Shown here in pieces: positions 22,801 through 39,519 of a stretch of DNA of 64,000 nt. The notes beneath the pieces were generated by a model, which saw only the letters and a program-made list of their open reading frames with translations, had not been told where the DNA came from and did no database searches. Within the stretch, counting starts at the first letter, position 1. Each line of letters starts with the position of its first letter. Made by a program: the position numbers and the translations under genes. Source of the stretch: Chiloscyllium plagiosum (Eukaryota). The stretch spans positions 7,693,651 to 7,757,650 of the forward strand of contig NC_057752.1 in assembly GCF_004010195.1 (NCBI RefSeq), given 5' to 3'.

Positions 22801-25049
22801 ACATCATTAGTCCAAAAAAATACCATCACCCTATTCCCAACAGAATAACTGGGGCACTTACTTGCGCAGTATAGCCCTCTATAGGAGAAAATCTCAACTC
22901 CCCAGTTCAAAACTAACAGGTAGAGTTTAATCATTTTAACAGCTGTGGCTCTTTTAAGTAGCCTTATTATTTTATATAAACCTAAAACGTATCTTTACAT
23001 AGTATTCTATCATGCTCACTTAGAAAGATTCCAAACTGTTTCCATGGAATCATTAACATCTATCTGAGATGGTAGAAAAGCCAGGCAGGTTTAATATCTC
23101 TTCTGAAGGATAATAGATTGCTGAGATGCTGGGCAGGATGGCCTTTGAGTCCAGAATCTTTATTATTCAGAAGGTTACCAAACTGAGCTGGGGTGTAGTG
23201 AAGGAATTTCGCAACTACATTTGAATGGTTATGATCGTATGTGATGTGCCTATGCTTTTACATATAAAACAACCTCTCCTATGGCATGTTGTAGATGAAT
23301 ATGGCTGAACGAGTGAGGCCAGGTCTGGGAGAAGTCTCGTTGCAGTCTGACCTACCAACACTGGACAGAAGAAAACAAATGTATCGAAATTAAACCTGTA
23401 ACATTTCTGCTACCTCACTCATATTACAAACAACAACGCTGTAGCACCAGTGCTACACCGGAAACCGAAATGAATGAGAAAACAGAGCAGACAACGCAAT
23501 GATTTAAGACACTCTATGACTGTCACAGAAATAATCCAGTAACCGAAAAATCCCACCAAGTCCGAGTTGACTGACCGCAACAAAATATTACAATTCTTTT
23601 TGAATGACTTTCTAAACAAACAGCAATAGTTGCACCCTTCCTTTTTCATTCCACGATTTGTACGACTTTTTATTTCGTGGCAGCAGCAATTTAGTTCGTT
23701 GAAGGAAGGGAAGTTTGACTTCTTGCCCTGCCCACGTTCCATGTGGGGTCATGACCATCCGAGACTGAAGCGAGATCCGGCTGTGTATCACTGACCCTAC
23801 TTTCAGCCGAATTTATACACAATTATACAGCCAGAGGAGAACTGAGGCGTGCGCCTATTCCTTTCACTGACTTTATAAAAATCAATGTGGAGAAATTCTA
23901 CTCAACAATATATATTTTAAACCGCCAATTTTCCTTGGATTGAATTGAACGTGACTGGTGTTCGGGTGCAAGTAACGTTGTAACAGTTTTGTTAATATGG
24001 ACTCTTCTCCGAGTCGGGCGACCTTCCCAGCCTGGCAAAACCAAAACATCTTCTTTCTTTCATTGCTGAGGAGGTTCCGATCGGTTTGAACTGAGTTGGA
24101 GAACTGCGCCCAGAGGAAACTCGCATGCAGTTCCAGAATATCAATAATCCTCATACACCCTCTTCCTCTATTCAACATGCCAGCTCTTGATTCCAGTTCA
24201 TTCGCAACTTAGAATCTGCCTTTTTTGAAACAATCGTGTGACATGTGCCTAATTCCTCGGCCCAGATTTCCCCAGACATAAACAATCGCCTCTTGTTTAA
24301 CCTTAAAGGCAGCTGCACTTCATCTTTCAAAAACAACCTGCTAAGGTCACTGTTACATCGCTAGAATATATCTTCTGATTCTCGGTAATTTCCATTATGA
24401 TACATTTAAGCCAGGTTCTTTTTTTTCAACAATAGGGTTTCATGAAGAAACCAAAATGCTGCCTAACTGGCGGTCTATTAAAATTGAATTCTAGCTAATG
24501 CAGTTATTTAAAAAGTATTCATTTCACAACAAAACTTTCTGCGGAAAGATAGTCACTTCAAATGGCAGAGCCCAGAGATGCAGTTTGGAGGGTGATGATT
24601 AATTATTGTTCGCAATGATATTGATTACGATCTGTAGGTCTCCTTTACGTGTTTATCAAGTTAAGAGGAGAATTGATACACATGGTACGTCGTCTGCAGA
24701 GCCAGGCAAAGTAGCCTGGGCTTAGGACATTTTGTTTTGCTTTGGCAGAAACTCTGTACATAATTGTCTAATCATACTGCAACGCAGCGAAATTATATTT
24801 TACTATCTTAGAGGTGTGTCAGTTGGAGCACACCGTGGAAGGAACGTGATTTAATTGTTTGTTTTATGTAACATACGCCCCTCTAATATTTATTCACATA
24901 AACAAGTTGAGTGAAGTAATTGTGCATTTATTTAGAAAACAAACTGAAAGGCTTGTTCGTTCATACATGAGTTGAGAAGAAAACAGAGCTAATACTGGCG
25001 TTCAAGTATGATTCATTCAATTCATTTTAGTGAATATTGCATTTAGGTT

Positions 25050-27200
<2,151 letters not shown>

Positions 27201-27229
27201 GTGTACAATATGTACTTATTGTATCATCA

Positions 27230-27785
27230 TAATTGGCCCGCACAGAGGGAGGCCATCCACTCAATCTTGTTTTTGCGAATCATTGAAAGTTTCCAGTTAG
27301 ACCCCCTCTTTATTTTTCCCCATAATGCTGCAATGCCCCCCTTTTAAAATATACACCCAATTTAGAAAGTTGCTGCTTTCCACTACTTTCAAGCAATACA
27401 TTCTGGTTAACTTATGGCGTCAAAAAACAATCTATTTGTCTTTCCCTCTGCCTTTTTAATTTGCTAATTATTTTAACTCCAGGTCCCTTGGTTACAGATT
27501 CCTGAGAGTGGAAATAGTTTATACCTACCAAAACCCTCGGCTTTTTGTACACATTAAATCCTTGAACCTTCGCTGCTGTGAAGAGACCAATCCCAGCTTC
27601 TCTTGGCTCCCCACATAACTGAATTTCCTCAATTTTGAAAGGATTCTACATCTCATCTTCTGAAAGTGAGGTTTTCTGAAATTGAACACCGTATTTTAAC
27701 TGAAGTCTAACCAGTGATTTATGCAGGTTTAAAACTTAATTCCCTTGCTTTGTGCTCCGTGTCTGTTTATAAAGCCCAAGATCAT
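27230..27785 (-). mobile_element. Highly decayed CR1 fragment at the start of the intron
   Basis: Residual matches such as CACAGAGGGAGGCCATCCA, GTGGAAATAGTTT and GAAATTGAACACCGTATT. Confidence 0.5.
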
Positions 27786-30700
27786 GTGTGTGTGTATATT
27801 GTGTCTATGGGTGCCTATTCTAAATAATTATTGTGAAATTACAAACTAAAAAATATGCTCAATGTAATTTTGTGTTAAAAGTGTAAAGTGTGCATCACAT
27901 CTGTAAAGGGAAAGATAGGTTTGCTGTTCTTTGAAGTTGCTCCTCAACTGTATTTTAGGTTGCATTGTACTTGGGAAATCTTGCATGAACCCATGGCCAA
28001 CATCTATCAATGCAAGGTGCACTCCTACCTGGGCTTCACTCCTGGGAAACCTCAGTGCTGTTTGCTTATCACTGAGTTTTAACAAAAAGCCATGAAGAAA
28101 TGAATTGACTTTTAGTTTAATATTTCATTACCACAGTATACAATTTCATAAAGCATTTACGGATCCACCATTATGAAAGTCTTGCTACCCAGCATAAACC
28201 TGATGTTGTTCAGTTGCCATGGGACCATAGTGAGTTTGTAAGCTGGCAGATGTCATAAGCTGTTGATGTGATCCCAAGCTGCCGACTTGGGCAGCTGCAC
28301 TCCAGTTGGCAGTCACCTTATGGTGACATGATTTTGTGCTTTTTTTTAGGTTTCATTTGCTTTAGACGATGACTGGTAAGTTGCAGTTGACTGGCAGGGC
28401 CCAGGTGTGTTCATAGCTTTGTGTCATATTCAACTCCTGAGCTCTCGCAGTCGAGTCCTCAAAACCCAGGCAACTCAGCACTACTGCTTTTACATATGTT
28501 ACTTGTTGCTTGGTCCTGCATGCAACTTATGGGGATGAAATGCCGTTTCTTACATTTAAACCCGAAGTGCACCTAAGATCTGTTGGTATTTATAACTTGA
28601 AGTATCTGCAAATGAACGGGTGCATAGCTTTCAACTTCATACGTTCTGTACCTTCTGTAGTAATGCATATCACAAAGTTTTGAATTTCCCCTGACACTCT
28701 CAAGCAAACTGATGAGATTCAGGCCCACATCAAAATATGTCACCCCGTATAGTGGGATTTCTCCAGTGCTGCAAAGAGAGTGACAGCACAAGTGCAAAGC
28801 TGCAGCTGATCAGTCTTGTAACAAAATCTTGTAACCACCTTTCTGCATGTACCCTTATGTACTGTCAAAAACTAGTCACAGCCTAAAAGCATGTGGAAAT
28901 ATTGCTAAATAATAAATAGATGCTTCCTCTTTTGTAAATGGCTGTTATTTTCTGTTGATTGGTACTGGAAGAATGTCACCTGCAACCTTCTGAATAACTA
29001 TTGCTTCTGAACGAGATTGTTGGCATCTAACAAATGAGAGCTGAATGGGATCAGTGGGGGCCAGGGCTGGGGTACCTCAGAACATTGTTGGGCAGAGCAT
29101 TGTGAGGCATATTTTCTCAACTGCAGTTGGAAACAGTCATTGTGCTTTGGATGGTATCTTATTCATTCAAGTGGAAAAGGAACTGTATGTTATTTTTGCC
29201 AGTGATACAGCACAAAAAATATGTATTGGTTTAGAAAATTAAAACAGGTGTTTGACAAGAAAATGAAAGAAAAGTGTCGCTAAACATTTTTTTGATTTTG
29301 AAGATATTCCTTTAATAGCTCCCTGTGATTTGATTATCTTGGCATAAGTCATATCCACTTTAGGGATTCACTTAGCTCACTCAGAGTATCCTAAATGCGA
29401 CAAAATATGACACTCTTGAAGCTCAAACTGCAAGTAGAAGTATAGGGTCACTCATTTAAATGAACAACACATGTACATACATTAGAGTTAAAGATTCTGA
29501 ACCTTATTCCCATTGTTTTCTATATGAAACACAGCCATATGAATTACATATTACATGCATTAATTAGCTGTTTACAGATTTGTCCCATTCACTTGTTTAA
29601 AGATTTTAACAGTTTGCTGCCCTTGTTCAATAAAACAAAAAAGTAAAAATGCATGAGTAGAGATGCGTGTAGAATTAAAAGCGACAATTGAACAGCTTTA
29701 TTGTTACTTTTCCTGATGTCCTTTTTGAAGCAATAGATTTAATGTAGAAAGCCAAAGAGATGGGAGATTAATTATGTTTAATGACATACCTATTTATGTG
29801 GAGAAAATATTTTCATTTTTTCCATCGCCTGCACTTTCTCTTTTTCTAACAATATTACTGTACTCTTATCATTTTACTATTCTTAGTAAAATTATTGTTG
29901 TTAAAAACTAACAGATGTGTCTCTGATAAACACATAGCCCTCCTTGCTTGTACCTTCCTATAGCCTTCAACCTGTCCTGGACATGCAATGTATTATCTGG
30001 GTCAACAATTGAACTTTGTTCTTCCAAACATCCCTTTGTCTTTGTTTGCTTGATTCATGAATTCACAGTGCTTAATGGTTTCTCTGCCCTTATCTACTCT
30101 GTAGTCCTGTTTTACTTTGTTCCACCTGATTGGTTTTGCGCTCTCCTATAAAACTGACATTACTTTAAATTTAAAATATAAATCAAAGCAATGTGGTTCT
30201 TCCTTTCTCCCATCCTTTTGTGGTAATGTTTGCAATTCATCAGGGTGAAGATTGTCAGTGATTGAAAATGGAACAATTTTCCACTTTAGGCAACAGTTTC
30301 CAGCATCAAGGATTTTTAGGTATAATGTGACCTGATGCAGAGTAAAGATTCCTATAACATAAAGCTTCCTCAGCTACATGCATCAACTTCAGTCTGAGTC
30401 AGGCACATTCTAGTACACCAGTGTAATGTTTCAACTTCCTACCACAACTACCTTTATGAACTCTCCAAGGAAGATTGTCAATCTGATGGCAATTAGTACT
30501 CCGTTTACACTGTGTAGCCATGAGTACAGGAACAGGGTCATGACCATCCAACTTTCTTTCGTCTCATGATCATCCAACTTCATTTCATCTATGTCTCCTA
30601 TTGAGAGGAGCATTTTAATCCATCTGTCTTAGCTGAAGTTGAACCCACCATTGAAGGGTGATGTGTCAATGACATGTGCATCCAATCTTTGTTATTGCTG

Positions 30701-31372
30701 TTTTTGAGACCAAACACTGCAGCCTTGGATTAGTTTAAAACCTGTCTGTACTGTGTATTCAACAACTTCTCAAGGGCAGTTAGGAGAGGCAACAAATGCT
30801 AGCCTCATCAGCAAAGCCCAATAATGGAAGAATAGGACAAAATGGCTGTTGCTAGTAGGGAATGGAATTGATGTGGTTCAATTATTACAAGACTTTTAAC
30901 TGCTAAAACATTCATATTACACAAAGGAGATGCCAAACTAGTACATGTAATATTTTTTCAATTTAAAAATAAGATTCTCAAAAGTAAATTAAATAATTTT
31001 TGAAATAAATATTTTAAAATGTTCAAGGTATCAAATGACTGTACCATCACTAGTTACCAAATTTAAAAGTAACACACCTTGGATATAAAATCTGACTTGA
31101 TTCAGCAATTGGCAAAAAAAAATCCTTCAAATAAACTGGGCCTGCAAAATCCTAAACCCACGGAAGAATTGCCAAATCAGTTAACACCCCTGGCTAATAA
31201 ATACCTTTTGAGTAGAGTTGAATGCATATGCATATACACATGAGAACGGGATTGAAAATATGGTTGATTCTACTATAATGCATGTTTCTTCAACATGAAT
31301 TGGCTTTAACATGATTGAAGAACTTAGACCGTTATTCATAGAATGCAAACTTTCCTTACCTCTTTTGCTATT

Positions 31373-31584
31373 CAGGTAGTTCTTCTACAACACGATGGTT
31401 GCGTTCTTGAGCAACCCTGCGTTACAGAAAAATTGCGTTTAGAAATGTAGAGTGTTGATGATGTAATCACATTACAGCCAACACATGTTTTAAAAGTTCG
31501 CGCTTCAGAAACAGTGTCCCAATTCATCAATCGCATTACAGTGAATTTGCGTTAATGAAACCCATGTTCTCGCAGAACAAACTG
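31373..31584. mobile_element. Putative Tc1/mariner (Tigger-like) MITE
   Basis: Imperfect TIRs CAGGTAGTTCTTCTACAACACG and CATGTTCTCGCAGAACAAACTG, followed by TA. Confidence 0.5.
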
Positions 31585-31836
31585 TAACACAATTCCGGCC
31601 CCATTAGTTTAAATGGAGCAGCTATCGAGTGATTTTCTTATAACACAAGATCGCACAATAATGGAACTGCAAATGGCGACAATCAAACATTTTGAGAGAT
31701 ATGATGATTGGACCAATTAAATGTCATATAAAGAAAGGCACTGGATGTGAAATGTATAGTATAGTATCACTTAAAATGGTTATTCTTGAATTTGAATTAA
31801 TTTACTTTCAAGGGGGAGGGAGAAGGTTTGTAGAAT

Positions 31837-31928
31837 CAAAAACAGAAATTGTTGGAAAATCTCAGCATCTGTGGAGAGAATCAGAGTTAATGGTTTGGCT
31901 CCAGTGATCCTTCTTCAGAACTTCCTTC
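31837..31928 (-). mobile_element. Short Penelope-like terminal fragment with a decayed hammerhead core
   Basis: Minus strand AGTT-CTGAAGA-AGGATCACTGGAGCC-AAACCATT-AACT; flanking repeat AGAAGGTTTGTAGAAT / AGAAAGTTTGTACAAT. Confidence 0.6.
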
Positions 31929-32069
31929 AGAAAGTTTGTACAATGTTTCGTCAGTCCAGGGTAGATTGAATATGGCCTGCAGAAGGAATCACCTTGATTT
32001 GGTCGCTATCATGTTACTTGAAGAAAATATGATTTCTACATCATGACAGGTCTTTGGTAGGTTGCCAGT

Positions 32070-35000
32070 TGTGGTGATTGTAATGTGGTCAGCTGGGTAG
32101 ACCTCTTAGAATATGAGTTCCCTGATTGGGGCTGTTAATCTGGTCCAATCAGAAAGCCCTGGCTGATATAAACAGGAGTGTCAGACGTTCTGTTCACTCT
32201 GAGTGCTGGCTCTGAGGGAGCTGGGTCAGTGTCAAGGTCTCTCCATGTGTAAATAAAGGGTGACGGATCCTGCCTTCAAAGAGTGGGCCCAGTATGTGGA
32301 AAGAATGCATTATTTTTTACGGGCAAATGACATTGGAGCAGATGAAAAGCAATGAGTAATCTTTCTGACAGCTTGTGAACCTGTAGCTTTTTCGGTATTA
32401 GGAGCCTAACGTTTGCTGAGGTAACAGATACTAAAACATTTCAAGAGTTTATGAATTTCTTTAAGGAATGTTAAGACCCCAAGCCTCCTCTAATTCTGAG
32501 ATGCTATCGGTTTTACTTGGCAGTTCAAGGACTAGGGTAATGCTTATTGGAATTTTTGACGGCTAAGACGACTGGCAGAGGCATGTGACTTTGATTTAAC
32601 CCTTAATGAGATGCTGAGAGACTGTTTGCTATGTGGAATTAATTATGTAACCATACAAAAGTGCCAACTGGCTAAAGCCTAACTGGACTTAACAAACAGG
32701 CACTACGACTGGTTTTATCATTAGAAAGTACGGCAAGTGGAGCATATGAGTTACAAGGTATTCCGATGGATGTGGACTCCTTTGCCAGGCCCCCCAAGCT
32801 TGGGGAACACCACTTGAGTGAAGGCAATTGTGTGGCCTCACTCAGGACATATCCTGAACAGAGAAATTCTAGACCAGCCCACAGCAAAATCCCAAAACAA
32901 AACCAAGCCTCAGCCAAATGGTTAACATTTTTCTTCATGATCCAGGCCAGCAAGCCATTGTAGTTGCTGCCAGTATGCGGACTCGAGACAGCAAAAGAGT
33001 CCCAACTAGGCCTGAATTGGGTAAGAGAACTGGGCAGTATCCCAGAGAGTGCACACCCTGCAAAGTTCTCTTACATCTGGTTTGGAACAGTTAATTGCTT
33101 AGCAACATCCAAATCAAAACCAATCAAAATAAACATCTGGTTAAATGGTCACCTGGTTAAAACGGAGGGTGATAACGGCGTGGCTGTATCAGTGATTGCA
33201 GAACCAGTCTGGACTCGAACCCTTAAGTTTGTGCAAGACCTCGGCTAGACTGAGAATCTGTACTGGGGAACGTTTACAGATTAAGGATATAACTGCGGTT
33301 CCGGTCTCTTATGAGAAGCAACTGGTTCAGTTCCCACTAATTGTAGTAAAAGGCTTGGGCCCAAGCTGGATGGGGCAGAATTGGTTGAGAAAGATTCAGC
33401 TTGATTGACTCAACATTTTTCTATTCAAAAATGGCTGCCTGAGTGAAGTCCTAATTAAATAAGTGGAGGTTTTTCAGGAAGGTCTAGGGACTATCAAAAG
33501 AGCCAAGGCCACCTTGCATATTGACCAGGAAGCAGTTCCATGATTCTCCAAGGCCCGTCCAGTGCCATTTGCCTCACGGGCAAAAGTAGAGGCAGAAATC
33601 AGGAAGCTGGAAATTGAAGGAATCATCAAACCAATCCAGTTTGTGGAACGGGTCGCTCCAGTTGTACCGATTGTTAAGCCCGATAAGTCAGTTCGCCTTT
33701 GTGGGGATTATAAACAAACAGTAAACTGCTTCTAACAGCTGGATAAATACCCAATCCCTCGCTCAGAGGATTTATACACAAAGCTGGCAAGGGGGCTGTC
33801 CTTCATGAGCCATGTGTACTTGTAATTGTGATTAGATGAGGATTTGCAGACATATGCTACAATTAACATCAATGAGGGCTTGTATCAATATATGTGACTG
33901 CCATTTGGGGTATCTTCAGCCTGTGCCATTTTCCAGTGGATGATGGACAACACTTTACAAGGTCTAGCCAAGGTCCCCATTCATCTGGATGACCTGCTAA
34001 TAACTGGGAAGACCAATAAAGAGCATTTATAGCACTTGGACATGAGACCATAAGACCTAGGAGCAGAAATTAGGCCATTTAGCCCATCGAGTCTGCTCCA
34101 CCATTCAATCATGGCTGATAAGTTTCTCAATCCCATTATTCTGCTCCCTCTCCGTAACCCTTGATCCCCTTGATACTCAAGAAACTATTTATCTCCGTCT
34201 TAAATATACTCAGTGACCTGGGCTCCACAGCCTTCTGTGCTTAAACATTTCTCCAAGGTGTGTGTATGCCTTCAGAGGGAAAAATGAATGCTCCAGGCAC
34301 ACCAAGTGATCTACTTGGGCTGCAGGGTTGACAAGACCAGGTTATACCCTTAGGAAGATAAAGTGAAGGCGATCGAAGGTGCCCTGGCTCCCATGTCTGT
34401 ACTGAAGCTTCGGTCTTTCCTCAGGTTAATGAATTATTACAGAAAGTTCATACATAACTTAGCCTCCATCCTGGCACCCTTACATCTGCTATTGGAAATG
34501 GTCACGTAGCCAAAACGTGGCCTTTAGGGAAGTGAAGAAGCAGCTATCATTGTCTAAGGTGTTGTAGCCCAACATGATCCCAAGCGAGATCTGTTGCTGA
34601 TATGTGATGCCTCCCGGTACGGTATCAGGGTTGTGTTGACTCACAGATGGCTCAATGGAGAAGAACACTTCCTGGGCGTTGGCTGATGCAGAGCGCAAAT
34701 GCAACTCGGTAGAGAAGGAAGGTTTGATGATCATTTTTGGTGTGAGAAGGTTCCACCAATACCTTTTATGGATGTAAATTTGTAACAGTAACAGACCACA
34801 AACCCCTGCAAGGGCTACTGAAAGAGGACAGTGCTGTGCCAACCATAGCTTCAGGTTGAATTCAGCGGTGGGCTCTCATTCTAAGTGTATACTAGTACAA
34901 GATAGAACACTGTCCGGGAGGCCAAGTAGCAAATGCAAATGCAATGAGCCACCTCCCATTGACAGATACATCACTGGTGGTGCTACCACTGGAAGTCCAT

Positions 35001-36582
35001 TCTGGTTTTAAATTTTCTGGACACCCTTCTGGTCACCACCGACAATATCCGTCTGTGGATGCAAAAAGATCCGGTCCTGGCAAAACTAAAACAGCTGGTG
35101 GTAATGAGGGAAACCAAAGGGCCGTCACAACCAGAAATGAAACTTTTCTGGATACAGCGAGATGGGATCAGCATAGAGGATGGCAGATTATTATGGGGAG
35201 CCAGAGGTGATTGTCTTGAGCAAAGGTTGCTACCAGATACTGCTAAACTCCACCAGGGTCATCCAGGGATTTCCAAAATGAAGACATTGGTGAGAAGCTA
35301 TGTCTGGTGGCCAGGATTGGATGAAGACATAGCTGCATTGATGGGGTAGTGTCCAGAATGCCACCAAGGCCAAGAATTACTATCACCAGCACCCTCACAT
35401 TCGTGGGAATGGCTGGGTAAAACCTGAACTCAGTTACATATTGACAATGTGGGTCCTTTCATGGGGTCACTGTTCTTAGTCATTGTAGACGTCCACTCAA
35501 AGTGGTTGGATATGTAGAGTTCATTTGTCAAACATGGGGATGATAATTGAAAATTTGTGTGCATCTTTTGCAATGCACAGACTCCTGGAAGTGTTGGTCG
35601 CAGACAATAGGCCATCGTTAACCAGCAGGGAATTTAAGTATTTCCAGAAGTCGAATGGCACTCGGCATGTCTGGACAGCTCCATACCATCTACTGTCCAA
35701 TGGTCTGACAGAAAGAGCAGTCCAAACTTTTAAAACTGGTTTAAAGAAACAGCCTAAAGCTTCACTCAATACCAAACTGTCCCGATTCCTTTTTGATTAT
35801 AGGACCACCCCTCATGCAGCTACAGGGATAGCTCCAGCAGAGTTGCTAATGGGGAGAATACTCTGCACCAGGTTAAATCTGATCTTCCAGGGCCTGGTGG
35901 GGAGGGGTGAAACAGCATCAGGAACACCAAGGCTGGACATAAGACTCCTCTAAGCAAGAGAGGCAGTTTACGTCGGGGGACAAAGTTTGGTGCCAGAACC
36001 ACACAAATAGCCATCCATAGGTAAGAGGCATGATTGACGCAAGTTCAGTCCCTGAAAGGATGTTAGAACCCATGGGTTCTCCACCTCTGTCTAGTGTCGA
36101 AGAAACCTCAGATTCTGAGGTGGACGGGGTTGATTTTGTAGCCTTGAATCCTTTACCACCCGAAAAAGAGGATGAATTTCCTCCGAAATGTTCTGGGCAC
36201 AAGAGGCTGGCTACCGTCTAATACACGCTGCCCCTATCCAAGGCTGAGTCAGGGGCCAGAGGGAACTGGACCCGGTGTGAAAACTCCTTGGGGAGGCTAC
36301 AAGAAGAAGGAACCAACCTATGTCCTCGGACTCAGAGGGGGATAGGTGTAGTGATTGTAACGAGGTCAGTCAGGTAGACCTCACAGAATATGTGTTCCCT
36401 GATTGGGGCTGATAATCTGGTCAAATCAAGGAGCCCTGGCTGACAGATAGAAACAGGAGTGTTGGAGGTTCTGTTCACTCTGAGAGCTGGCTCTGAGGAA
36501 GCTGGATCAATGTCAAGGACGTACCACGTGTAAATAAGGGGTGACTTGGTGACGTGTTACCAGTCTCTGTAGGGTTATTTCA
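32070..36582 (+). mobile_element. Decayed Ty3/Gypsy LTR retrotransposon (Mag-like, canonical gag-PR-RT-RH-IN order)
   Basis: LTRs 32070-32264 (3'-truncated) and 36347-36582, PPT AGAGGGGGATAGG, TSD CCAGT/CCTGT. Motifs EWAQYVERM, VRLCGDYK, HLDD, ICDASRYG, LHQGHPGISKMK..RSYVWWPG, TAPYH..SNGLTERAVQTFK. Confidence 0.93.
34043..34238 (-). mobile_element. CR1 3' tail inserted in the Gypsy RT
   Basis: GACCATAAGACCTAGGAGCAGAAATTAGGCC..., similar to 39520-39720. Confidence 0.85.
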
Positions 36583-39519
36583 CCTGTAACCAGCAGTTGT
36601 GAGGCATAAAAATTGGTAACATAGTGATAACTTCACTTCATTTTCACTTTCTTGCCCCTGCGGAAAATCCCAAATGAGAATTAATTTTGATTACATTGCT
36701 TTTTTTTAAAAACATACATGAAAGTAAATGATAACAATACAGAAAGAATGTTACTCAATCACAGAAGTTTAAATTTAGCTGTAATGTGTATTAAACTATT
36801 CCAATGTAATTAACCTGTCAGTGAGTCCAATTGAGTATATATTCTCATCCATACATTAACTTCTGATAAACGTTCTTACAGAGAAATGAGTTCAGGAACA
36901 TCCGAAGGATTGTAACCTTTTCCCGGAATACATGCAACAGTAATGCTGACACACAGGAGTTAGCCTCATGAGAGTCACCATTATATCTCCCTGTTTAACT
37001 TCCAGGATTATATGACATTTCATTCTTAGCTTTTGCTGTAATTTCACAGATGGATATGCTTATTGATACTTTTCGCTGCAATTTGCATATGTTGAAACTT
37101 TTTGCATATTTTGTTTTTAATTGAATTAGAAACACTTATAAAATTAAACAGTTAATTATGAGAGTGGGACTAATTGGAAATGTCTTTCAAACAGCTGACA
37201 AAGGTACGATGGATCGAATGGTCTACTTCTGGTCTGAATAATTTTATGATTCTGCTTTAATAAATTACTGCAACGTTTTGCAATAGAAGCTAACGTAAAG
37301 TTGCAAGAATTGCCATCAATGCAGCACAATGTTGAGAGTTTCTAAGTTGAATATTCTAGCTCTCCCAAGAACTGAGCTCCTCCCTATCCATTTAACACAA
37401 TTACTACACAGATGATCACAAATTTCTACTGCCAGACATCAAATATTTGTCACAACTCTATAACTGTCTTAGTATGAAAAATATCTTTAGAAATTATATT
37501 TCAAGCATGCAGAACAATTAAAACAAATCAAAACCAGCAGGAATAGGATGATGAATATCATCTCTGGAAACAACTATAACTCATTTGTGACTTTGCACTT
37601 GTAAGTTATTCCATCAGCTTTACTCGTGTGGGTATTTATCATACCTCACTGCTGTCTGTGACACATTCTCTTTGTAGTAAAATGCAATTGTCTTTTATTT
37701 GTGAATTGATTGATATGCTTGTCCTGGGTGAATACAAGTGATGCTAACTTTACATTGAGTATGTGGACAAGATTTGATTGAGGGGAAAAATTTGCTGGTG
37801 CATTGAAGGGTGACCTTTCTATGCATAGCCATGTTGCCTTCTCAATTAGCTCCTGATATATAGGCTCTGTTTTACATTTAGGCTTTCTAGTGGTCCGTTA
37901 GAACAGGTATGATCAATTGATCTATAGCCAGAGGACAGTAAAGTATGTTTTTTTCTTCAAAGCTTGTTATTTTAGCAAGTATTCCTCCGATCAGAAATAA
38001 AGTATATGGGATCAAAACATGCCAGCTGATGCCCAGCAGATGCATAGCTAGCGCTGTTCAATCATGTGGGCATTGAAAGAGAAGTTTGGGATTAATTCCT
38101 GTTATTCATTCATTATGAATTCTAAGCATCAGATGTGCCTTCATGGTGAAAGGCACAAAATTGGAGGTGGGAATTGAAATCAAAAATTGAGTCAAATTCA
38201 GACTGAAGAATCCAGTTCAGTTGTGGTGCAACTGGTCTATTACTATAACTGTCCTGAATTTCATGCACTCATATCAGTATAAACAAATATTAGTGAAAAT
38301 GCCCAAATTCATGGCTATTTAATACGTGCTATGGGATCCTACTGAGGATTTGATTTTGCTGTACAATTTGTAAGTTGAAGGCACTAACCAAACTCCTCTC
38401 ATTGAACAACCTTATAGCCAGCAGACAGAGTTCTAATGGGATGGATTCAAAATCATTTTCCTGAGGTGGAACAATAATTTACCAGCCCCACGTACTGATC
38501 ATTCTCTCTTGCAGGCTGTATTTAAGCTCAAGTAACAGTTGTAAAAGGAATAATTTTTTGGTGATTAATTGGTAGTGATCAAAACCTATGAATTCAACAG
38601 GGCCCTCTATGCAGAGAGAACCTTGTTACTGAGGGTGGATTGAAACCTTTGTTTGGTCAATGACATATTGCCCCATTAGATAAAATGGGATCCAAAGAGA
38701 AACAAAGGACTGAATCTTAAATTTTTTGGCGAGGTTTGAATTGCATTGATTTACTTTGAAAGGATTCTCACTGCGAGGCCTAATAGGTTTTCTTGCTGTA
38801 TCTGACCTAACTTGCCTCATTAACAAACTGCCCTCCTACCGTGGTATTTCTCATGTCTGATTCTGGCTCCATCTCATCACACATCATTCCCAGAACAGCT
38901 CACTACTTAGCAGATATCCCAAAATTCATTGGCATCCCTTACACAGGTGCCATCTTTCAAAGGCCATCAGGCATCTGGACAAGCACTATCAAACCAGAGA
39001 AGCCCTACATGGTTCTTGAGATTTGCCTAAGACATGACAGACAGGGGAAAACCAGTGCCTCACTGTATGGGCAGGAATCCTGCAGATCCTGTTGGATTCA
39101 TGGTGCACATGTGGGACTTCCTCTTCCCCCAGGACCAGTAGTAGATGACATGACAACCAGCCTGGTCCACATAGAGACTGTCACCCAGCTCAGTACAGTC
39201 TCAGCATCTGGAGGAATGCCCAGCATTGCAGTAGAAAGGTCAGTGACCTTCCCCACTCCACCAGCGTAAGTGCCACCATCTTCTCTCCAATACCTTACAC
39301 TCACTGTCTCTCTACTCCTGTACCCACCTCCCACCCAGGCTCATGCTCTACCACTCTCACTATTGCTGCAATATCTTCCCTTACCCATCCCAATCCCAGA
39401 TACCACTGCATGCCCTCTGCGCTGCCTCCTCACTCACTCAGGACAACACCCCACCTGCGCCAAAGGTAACAGCTGTTCCATCCACTTTCATCTTCCTTTA
39501 TACCTGCCTCTCATTCATT

